Below, one piece after another: positions 54,165 through 64,000 of a stretch of DNA of 64,000 nucleotides; position 1 is the first letter of the stretch, and every line of letters starts with the position of its first letter. Source of the DNA: Octopus bimaculoides (taxonomy: Eukaryota); contig NC_068981.1 in NCBI RefSeq assembly GCF_001194135.2, positions 19,858,350 to 19,922,349 on the forward strand, given 5' to 3'. Position numbers and translations under genes: made by a program. The notes under the pieces are model-generated. The model was not told the origin of the DNA and ran no database searches. It saw only the letters and a program-made list of their open reading frames with translations.

Positions 54165-54606
54165 TCTCACACGCACATATATTGAGAGACAGAATGAGAG
54201 AGAGAGAAGTTTATTGAGATAGATTGATAGGTAAGCAGACAATGAGTAAGGGAGGGAAGGGGATGTGAGTGAATGAGTAATAGAGAGAGGGAGAGAGGGG
54301 GGAGAGAATCAGCCTTGTGAGCACTGTTGCAGAACTAGTCTTTTTGTTTACATTCTACAATACATGTTATTTTGTACACAAACACACCTCCCCACCACTT
54401 CTTTGTGTTCCTCTGCAGTTCAGTAAATGCCTCTGTGAGGTTGATATGAACGAAATTTAATTGAATTGGTTTCAAAATAGAATTTACTGCTATATAAATA
54501 TAGAAATCAATCAAAACGTTGTTTCTACCATTTCTTAGATCGTTTTGTTTTTGTCTGTTTGTCTAAGTTCTTTTTTTCTTTGTTGTTTCATTTGTTTTTG
54601 TTGTTG

Positions 54607-54645
<39 letters not shown>

Positions 54646-55329
54646 NNNNNNNNNNTTTTTTTTTTTTTTGTTATTGTTTTTTCATTTTTTTTCAATAAAT
54701 GCTTTACAAATTTGAGGTGATATTGAAATATTTCAGTTTTGGTTGATTTATACCATGTGCTTTTATCAAGTTGCAGTATAGATTAAAACCCAACAGGTCT
54801 CATTCATTGGCTCAGAGATGTAAGAACGTTCTGATGAAAACGTCAAAATGAAAAGAGTGGTGGTTAGTGGCAGAGGTGGTAGTGTGTGTGTCAGGACATA
54901 TAAGCTGTATTTGAAAATGTGGTTGATCTCACTGGTCAAATGACTTATGTAGAACTATTTCAAGTTATGGATGGATGCATGCTGGTTTAAATACGTTTCC
55001 TATAAAGCTGGAGAAAAATGAAATTAAAGTCAGTGAAAAATTAACTTTTCAACTAGCTGTGTGGTTGAGAAGTTTACTTCACAGTCATACAGTACTGGGT
55101 TCGATCCTATGAGTAGTGTGACAACTTGAATAAGTTTTTTTCTTTTTCTGGCATATCTTCAGATCAACAATATCTTATTTGTTGAATTTAGTTGGTGGAA
55201 ACTATGTGGAATACTGTCATTTGTGTATGTGTATGTATGTATATATATAGATGACTAGATGGTCTTTGTTGCATTGACGGACAACCTACATATATATCTA
55301 TCTGTCTATCTATCTATCTATCTACCTAC

Positions 55330-55365
<36 letters not shown>

Positions 55366-58037
55366 ATATNNNNNNNNNNNNNNNNNNNNNNNNNNNNNNN
55401 NNNNNNNNNNNNNNNNNNNNNNNNNNNNNNNNNNNNNNNNNNNNNNNNNNNNNNNNNNNNNNNNNNNNNNNNNNNNNNNNNNNNNNNNNNNNNNNNNNNN
55501 NNNATATTTATTTATTTATGGATAGATAGATAGATGGATAGATATAGACATACATAAATTCAAACACACATACACACACACATATATATACATAAATTCA
55601 TACACATATATGTACATGTGTGTGTGTGTGTCTTTTGTCAATGTATATTTGTAAAACATATAAAACATATCTGAAGAAAAAGGAAAACTGGTGTTTCTTG
55701 AATTAAGTCCTTTATGATATTTGTTCTGCACTGAATTACACATTTTCTTGTCACTCTCATCATCAAAAATGGAGTAAATGTACATTGTTGTACACAATAA
55801 TACAGTTCTATACTTATGTGATGAAAAACAAAAGATAATAAATAACTAAGAATATTGTTAGTGCTTAGTTGTTGCTGTTTAGTTCTAGATCAGGTGAAGG
55901 GACCTGTGATCCAGCTGTGATTACCTTGACATTCTTGTTTTCAGGACTACATCATATACTGTCTCCTTCCTTTTTATAATGATAGGGTGTGATCTGAAGG
56001 AGATTTAGTTGCTAGTTCTGGCAAAGCTGACAGCCACATGGAGCCTTTCTCATTGGCTTGTGTTAGTGCTTATTGCTGCAACTAATAATATCCTATTGCT
56101 CTCTTCTCTCCCTCTGTCGCCTTAAAAATCTTCATCCTTATTTTCTCCACCTCTTTGCATTTTGTTGTGAAAGAGGGACATGATTGTAGAGGTTTATATG
56201 TGGTATAGGCATGTTTGATGGCATGAGGTAGTGAAACATAATGCAGTGAATGTTGAGGACTATAGCTGCTGGTGTGTGTAAAATGTGTGATGATGCGTAG
56301 GTGTGGCACAAGGACAATGAATGAAGACAGGACTCTTTTTAGTGCATGTTAGATCTGCGATGGTGTATAAGAACAGAATGTGCAGTGAATATGTCCAAGA
56401 TCTGTGATGATGCATTGAAGTAAAACATGAACAGTGAATGGGTACAGTGAATGGAACAGTGAACTATGTATGGGTACACGTAGGATGGACATTGATTGTA
56501 AAGGACAGCATAAAGTGTTTTTATGATGTGTTATGATGTACAGAGGTGAAATAGGGACAGTGAATAGAGAGAACAGTATAAGATGTGTCATGATGTACAA
56601 CAGTGAAATATAGGAAGTGAGTGTAGAGGACTGTAAATGATATAAGATATGTGATGTTGTATGGCAGTTAAATTAAAGAGTGTATAAGGTGTGCATACAA
56701 TGTATGATAATTTTTATAAGTGAACATAAAGGAATATATGAGGTGTGTGTATGGCACATGATATAAAGTAGTGTAACATGAAACCATGAATGTAAATTGT
56801 TATATGAGGTACATGTAAGATGCGTGAAGCATATGTATTGAAAGTAGATGATCTGCTTTGATTGGAGATGAAATATTTTAAGCATGGTCTATCAAATGTA
56901 TAATGCTAACTTATGAGAAATGCTCAACAGAAATATGCATCAAAGATATTATAAATATGTAATCTGAATGAATGATATTATATTAGATGAAAAGGTGTTA
57001 TGAATTAGTAGTGGAAAGTATCTATGATGGATACAGACCAAGGAGGTTTTGAGATAATATATTGTATGAAGGTCAGATTTGAGAATATTGGGTTTCATGC
57101 AAGAGATGACACAAAATTGAGGCACGAGGAAAGATGCTGTATAACAAGCGCATTCAACTGATGCCAGTACAGACACATGGCAATAAAAAGACTAATAATT
57201 TCAATGGTTATATATATAATTTTATGTAAGAAAGTTTTGTTTAAAGACAAAGTTTGAAAGTATATTTGCAAGAGATTTTTCCAATCCAAGATATTTCTTT
57301 AACTTAGTCTTCTTACAAGTTAGAAAGAGAATGTCTTCTTTCTTTCTATGTTTCAACCAAAATTATTATTCTTGTCATTAATAAATCAATGACTTACATA
57401 CAGCTTAGGAAATATAATAAAGTAGTTTTAGTGTAATTTATTTAACTTTGCTTTATTCTGTATCCATACTGGCATGTGTTTGTGATTTATACAGTGTTGT
57501 TGATTCTCGAATAATCTAATTGTTATGTCTTTTGAAATGATTTGATTTTTAAGTTTTATTTATTTCACAATAGCTTTATATTCTAGTGTATATTTTATGT
57601 TATTGCAATAGAAAATTCACTTTAAACTGCTATTCTGTGATATACATATATATTTCTCTTTAGTCTAACAGCACACACATACAATTATGTATGTGGGTGG
57701 GTATGTAAATGTATGTGCAATATATATTATTACTAGATATGCATAACTCACAAAAAGTACATCTTAATTCATCTAAATGAGGCATTTATTCACTGGCAGT
57801 GCTCTACAGCAAATTAAAAATTAGTAGCAGGTATAACCAATGTCTATGTAAAATAAATGGAAAGAACGAATCTTGAATATTTCCTTATAGACACAATATG
57901 TGTACATTTACTTCATGTTAACCTCCTGAACAGTTAAAGGTTTCTATAACTTGAAATTATTTATGTGGTAACAAGATGTGTGTAAACATCACAAAATAGA
58001 TTTTAAAGCATTTATTCATTTAGAGTGATATAAAGAT

Positions 58038-58152
<115 letters not shown>

Positions 58153-58461
58153 CACATACACACATAGCCAGTTTCTTTTTGTTTCTTCCTACTAAGTTCA
58201 CTCATAAGACTTATATTGTCCAGCTATAGTAGAAGACATTTGCCCAGGCTGCCATTCTATCGAATTGAATCTGATAAATGGGCTTCTTTTAGTTTCCATC
58301 TACCAAATTCACTTACATGGCTTTACTCAGCCCAGGGCTACTGTAGAAGACTTTTGCTCAAGGTACTGTTTAGAGGGAGTAACATCAAAATCATATAGTT
58401 GGGAAGTAAACTTCTTAATCACATAGCCATAAATGCAGACATTGCTTCATGGTCAACACGT

Positions 58462-58493
<32 letters not shown>

Positions 58494-61400
58494 TACCATG
58501 TGACTGGCCCTCATGCCAGTGGCACATAAAAGCACCCACTACACTCTCGGAGTGGTTGACGTTAGGAAGGGCATCCAGCTATAGAAACTCTGCCAGATCA
58601 GATTGGAGCCTGGTGCAGCCTGCTGGCTTGCCAGTCCTCAGTCAAATCGTCCAACCCATGCTAGCATGGAAAGCGGACATTAAACAACGATGATGATGAT
58701 GATGATGATGAATTTCCCCAACCACTCTTTCTTCTATTTACTATTGTACTGCTTTGCCAATGTTTCTGAAAATTGCTTGTAATTTAGGCCCAAGGCAGAT
58801 AATTTTGAGAGGATAGGCTTAGTCAATACCACTGACACAACCACTTGACTTTATCAACCTTGGTGGGATGAAAGTCAAAGTTGCCATCAGCAATTGGTAT
58901 TCTCTGAATGTAAAGTACAGGTCGAAATAACTACAACCAATTTTTTTCTTTCATTTTTGGTGCTCTAACAATTTTGGACAACATCCAACACACTCTACAA
59001 TCACCCTTTCTGCACTAGCAGTCACCACTCCTCTTTCTTAAGCCACTTGTTTTTACATCCACCACTCACTCTTACTACTGTCCATCTCTGTTACTATGCC
59101 TCACTCTCTCTGTCATTACTCTCTCTTCTCTTCATCTTGCTGGACATGTTACTAGTCTTACAGAATGGATGCAAGACAACTTCACTAGTAACAGTAACAT
59201 AATAAAATTGCACTCAGTTCTGTAAAATGATGATGAATAAGCAGGGACAATATAAGATTGAGACACCTTTGTTTTGTCACGAGAATGCCATAATCAAATG
59301 CAGCCATTATTCTCTGTAAAGTGGTTGATAATAGGTAGGGAATCCAGCCACAGAAACTGAGTTGGAAAGGAAGTATATGAACAAAACACAATCCTCCTAC
59401 TCATCTAGGAAAGCATCGCTTTCAAATAAGAGCTGACTCAGACTGTGAAAACTTGTACAAATCATACCAGCATCGAAAGTGGAACATGAAAAGATAATAA
59501 TAATGATGATGAATGTTATTCATGTTATGCTATATACACATAAGCTATTATATAATGTATATTTCATATTGTATATTTTGCATTATTTTGATGGTGCATA
59601 TGTTTTCTTTTTTATCATTAAAAATTTATACTTCAGCTTACCTTGTTGAAAAAGGGTGTTATGTGTTAATGAAAAAAAAAAAACATATCTATGACAGATG
59701 TAGTTAGAATAAGGAAGTCTTAGGATATTGTAATTGTAACATAAGGGTAGGGAATATTGCATAGATGCCAAAAAAAAAAAAATGAAAACGTGAAGTGGTT
59801 GTTGTGGTAGTGGTGATGACTGATTGTGATGAAGATGAGGATGAGGATTAGGATGACTGTGATGATGATGATGAGGAGGATGATAACAGCAGTCATGGTG
59901 ATGATGATAATATAGATAGTGGTGGTGGTGGTGGTGGTGTTAATGATAAATGTTAAACTAAAAAATTTACGTTTTAACATTCAGGAAGAATGTGACACTT
60001 AGATAAAATGTCTTGCATTTGGAAGTTGGCCTTAATGAATTAGCAGAATGTTGTATGTCATTTTGGTTTTATAGTTTACCAGTTAAGTGGGTTTAACTTC
60101 CACATCCTTTTACAAACCTAAGCCGTCTCTTGGTTAAGCCAACCTGACATTTCCATTGGAGTACCATCTTTTATAAACCACAGTTGTGTCACTGAACTTC
60201 ATATTTACTAAAATAATGTTTAAACTCACCAACTTCACACTAAATCTACTATTAATTGTTGCATTAGCTTTTTAATTAATTAATAAAAAATTTTAGGATT
60301 TTTGATGGCTGAAAGATTCCTCATCACTTACACTGGGTTTCTTTTTCTGTTATTACTGTTCTACCACTTTTGTCTTCGTATCTGTTTGAATTAAGTTGGT
60401 TTAGAACATGAAATAAAAGATGGGAAGTAATTTTGAACTGGAAGCAATTAGTAAACCTATTAATTACTAGTTTCCTAATTTTTAAAGATTGCTATCATCT
60501 TAATTTCTTCTTCTTCTTCTCCTCCACCTCCTCCTCCTTATGATTATTATTATTATTATCATTATTATTATTATTTGCAAAGCAAATATTCTGCTAGGTA
60601 AACCTCTGTATGCTTGTATGCTCAAGCATGTACTGTCTTCTATCATGAGAATGTGCTTGAGTGTGTGTGCATGTGTGTGTGTGTATGTACACACACACAC
60701 ATGCATGTATTTATGCATGTGTGTATACTTATATTTGATCTTCTCTACTGTATTTAGTTCTGTATTATTGTGGTCATTGTAGTTCAATAGAAATACATTT
60801 CATTAAACATCAGTGCCAATTTTTCAGCAATACTAAGAATCATAGACACAGTTGTCACCTAAATAATATATGTGTGTGTGTGTGTGTGTGTGTGCACATT
60901 GGTGCAAAACAAGATGGAGAAATTAGCACTCAAATACCAGAAGTAGAGTAAAATATAGTGTTTTATGGAAACTAAAAAACTTCATATACTGTTATTGTGT
61001 TTCACATAACTGATTATTAGACAGAAGTGAACCTTTGGAACAATAAGATAGCTTATAGATATATATGTTTGTGTATAGATGCATGTACACGCACACACAC
61101 ACGCACACACACATACACACACACTACTTGGACTTTTCCTCTCTAATCACCCTCTTCTACATTACATCTGTAATAAAGGACTCAGCCTGAAATTTTGGTT
61201 AATTCACATTTTGTTAATTATGAATTTTAATTTGCTAAAGATCAGCTGTCTTAAATAATCAATAAAAGATCAATTAATGCAGCAATTTGTGCCTCTTACT
61301 TCATTTATTAAACTCACTAACAAACCAAAGTCAGAAGTTGGGGCAGGTTCTTTTATGCAGGCACTTTTGTTAAATTTGGTAGCAAAATCTCTCTAAGACC

Positions 61401-61659
61401 ACACCCTATTACCTTAAGAAAGAAGAATATATTAGGTAATTATAGTAAGCTAGGTGCTAATGTAATTAATTTACTGCTCCAAAAAGAAAAAAAAATAGAA
61501 ATTTGTCAAAATTATATCCATTGTGAAGAGAAATTCATTATCTTAAATAATTCTAGTCAAGAAAGGCAAGGGAGAAAACTCTGGAAATCAAATTAATTAA
61601 AATTATTCAAAATTCAAATGCAGTGAAAACCTAATTTAATCTTTAGCAGTATGGTAACA

Positions 61660-61702
61660 ACTCCAGACATGTTTCTGTTTGATTAGACCTCATCAGTGGA
61701 GT
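61660..61702 (-). ncRNA. Minimal type I hammerhead ribozyme motif with decayed stem II (Penelope-type)
   Basis: Minus strand ACTCCA-CTGATGA-GGTCTAATCAAACA-GAAAC-AT-GTC-TGGAGT: perfect 6-bp stem I, intact core, palindromic ACATGT stem III and GUC site. Stem II closure is mutated. Confidence 0.65.
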
Positions 61703-61979
61703 ATAGTCTAGTCATAACTGCCATGTCTTAGATGATTAGAAAAAATATATAAAAATTTGATGAATGAACATTAAGAAGTATTAACTTTATAAAATGATCT
61801 GAGGAAAAAATATCAAAAAAGATGGGATGGTCATGGCTGGAACACCTTTGAGTATTGGTTGGTTGGCTAACAGTTGACCAAGGGCTAAGAAGCAACAACA
61901 ACAATACTCAAAATATAACGCCACTTTTTCCACAAATCTGAAATGTTTCCTTCTGGTAGACTTACAGCTTTCTTTTCAG

Positions 61980-62079
61980 AATGGCACAACAATATGGAGG
62001 TTGGCTTATGGTTTGGGAGATAGCCAATTTTGTTTTATTCCTTTAATATTTCCATCAATTACTAACCCTGATATTATTG
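61980..62079 (+). CDS. Candidate internal exon, unknown gene (NGTTIWRLAYGLGDSQFCFIPLIFPSITNPDII)
   Basis: Acceptor CTTTCTTTTCAG| and donor TTG|GTAAGT, with one of three frames open over 100 nt. No homology recognised. Confidence 0.3.
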
Positions 62080-63374
62080 GTAAGTTATGTTTATCAGAAA
62101 TGTATTTTAAAAATTCTGCGCATCTGTCTGAGACGGTCTCTAAATCTCTCTTTCTTTTCTCTTCTACTTATGTTTGAAGATTTTGTTTTAGCTGATTATA
62201 GGTGAGCCGATAATATATATAAGAAAAGAAAAGCAACAACAGAAAAAGAAAAAAAAAAAACAACGAAAGAAGCAAACTTTTAGATGAGAGAGAAATATAT
62301 CAAAAGTAAAATATGAAGTTTGCTCTCATTCTCAGTTTCTAACAGGTTATTTGAAGGTAAATTACAATCCTTAGTGTCGACTAAGTTATTATATGAAACA
62401 GAAAACAAAGTGGAATCAGAAGAAATTTCTAGACATTAAAATGAGGGAAATTAGATTCTCATGGTAATCTATTTAAGATCTGAAATCATACAGAATCACT
62501 CTGTCATTTCGTTCACCTTTAGCTCTCCTACAATTTTTTCTTTGTGTGTGTGTGCGCGTGCGTGCATGCATGCATGCATGTGTGAGTGCGTGTGTGTATG
62601 CGTGCGTGTGTTCATATGAGTTTTTCAAAAGGAGAATAGTTGAAAAAAAAAAATGAATAGTTTGTTAGTGTGAGGTGAAGGTTCAATTATAATTACACTG
62701 CTAAAAGTCTATGAACTATACAACATTATTGAAGCTGAGAATTGGTGGAGATTGTAGAATGAAAAGAAGGTAAAANNNNNNNNNNNNNNNNNNNNNNNNN
62801 NNNNNNNNNNNNNNNNNNNNNNNNNNNNNNNNNNNNNNNNNNNNNNNNNNNNNNNNNNNNNNNNNNNNNNNNNNNNNNNNNNNNNNNNNNNNNNNNNNNN
62901 NNNNNNNNNNNNNNNNNNNNNNNNNNNNNNNNNNNNNNNNNNNNNNNNNNNNNNNNNNNNNNNNNNNNNNNNNNNNNNNNNNNNNNNNNNNNNNNNNNNN
63001 NNNNNNNNNNNNNNNNNNNNNNNNNNNNNNNNNNNNNNNNNNNNNNNNNNNNNNNNNNNNNNNNNNNNNNNNNNNNNNNNNNNNNNNNNNNNNNNNNNNN
63101 NNNNNNNNNNNNNNNNNNNNNNNNNNNNNNNNNNNNNNNNNNNNNNNNNNNNNNNNNNNNNNNNNNNNNNNNNNNNNNNNNNNNNNNNNNNNNNNNNNNN
63201 NNNNNNNNNNNNNNNNNNNNNNNNNNNNNNNNNNNNNNNNNNNNNNNNNNNNNNNNNNNNNNNNNNNNNNNNNNNNNNNNNNNNNNNNNNNNNNNNNNNN
63301 NNNNNNNNNNNNNNNNNNNNNNNNNNNNNNNNNNNNNNNNNNNNNNNNNNNNNNNNNNNNNNNNNNNNNNNNNN

Positions 63375-63413
<39 letters not shown>

Positions 63414-63436
63414 GAGAGAGAGAGAGTTAGCATCTC

Positions 63437-63690
63437 TCATGTATTTACATAATCGTCTCAGTAATACATTTAAGATATTATCACAGATATATCCATATTT
63501 ATCATCTCAGTTATATATTTAAGATGTAATCTTTGTTGTTTATCTATTTTATCATCACAGCTATATAAACTTGTATCTGTAATCTCAGTTATAGATATAA
63601 TCTCAGTGATATATCCATATGATTGCTATCATCACATTCATTTAGATAACTTTATAATCTCAGTTATATATCGAAGATAACATCTCAGTT
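63437..63690. repeat. Degenerate repeat built on ATCTCAGTTATA
   Basis: The ATCTCAGT / ATCACAG motif recurs about 8 times with variable spacing. Confidence 0.6.
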
Positions 63691-64000
63691 CATATGAACA
63701 CCCACCCCTATGTAATATGGGGTAACCAAGTATCTAGCAAGACACCTATGCTTGTTCCTTTATCACTCTACAGTAGTTCAACACCTGGTATAAAGCCACT
63801 TCCCCATCTCAAATACCCCCCCCCATACAGACACACACACCTACACTTAGTTGTGGGTGCATTTTCCATTTCCTTTCTCCCTGATCTTTTCAGCGTAGCA
63901 AGATACTTGGCAACCTCACTAGTGCTGGTGGCATGCAAGGAGGTACCCAGTACACACTAAAACGGTTGGCATTAGGAATAGCATCCCGCTGTATAAACCA

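Noticed and set aside
54830-54850. CTGATGAAAACGTC hammerhead-like string
   Set aside because: Stem II is absent and no stem I pairing exists; cannot be supported.

Overview
AT-rich, repeat-dense eukaryotic DNA from a gapped draft assembly, with many N runs and long microsatellites. The repeat families look like those of an octopus or other coleoid cephalopod; this is inference from recognised SINE and LINE tails, not a database result. No intact protein-coding gene can be identified. Nearly every ORF in the supplied track is a microsatellite translation, a gap-spanning artefact or a transposon relic, and only a few short splice-bounded exon candidates remain. Supported content: three tRNA-derived SINE families; RTE-clade LINE relics; three stacked R4/Dong-like restriction-like-endonuclease (REL) LINE 3' ends embedded in (TAA)n; three Tc1/mariner lineages (DD34D mariner, maT/DD37D-like, rosa/DD41D-like); a non-autonomous Helitron with all canonical termini; a gag zinc-knuckle relic; a foldback element; and a U6 snRNA retropseudogene. 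The most interesting signal is at 30005-30549. There a 431-bp monomer followed by a partial tandem copy carries a type I hammerhead ribozyme with an intact catalytic core on the minus strand, enclosed by nested long-range stems. This fits a retrozyme or Penelope pseudo-LTR architecture. Several decayed hammerhead cores are scattered elsewhere in the window.
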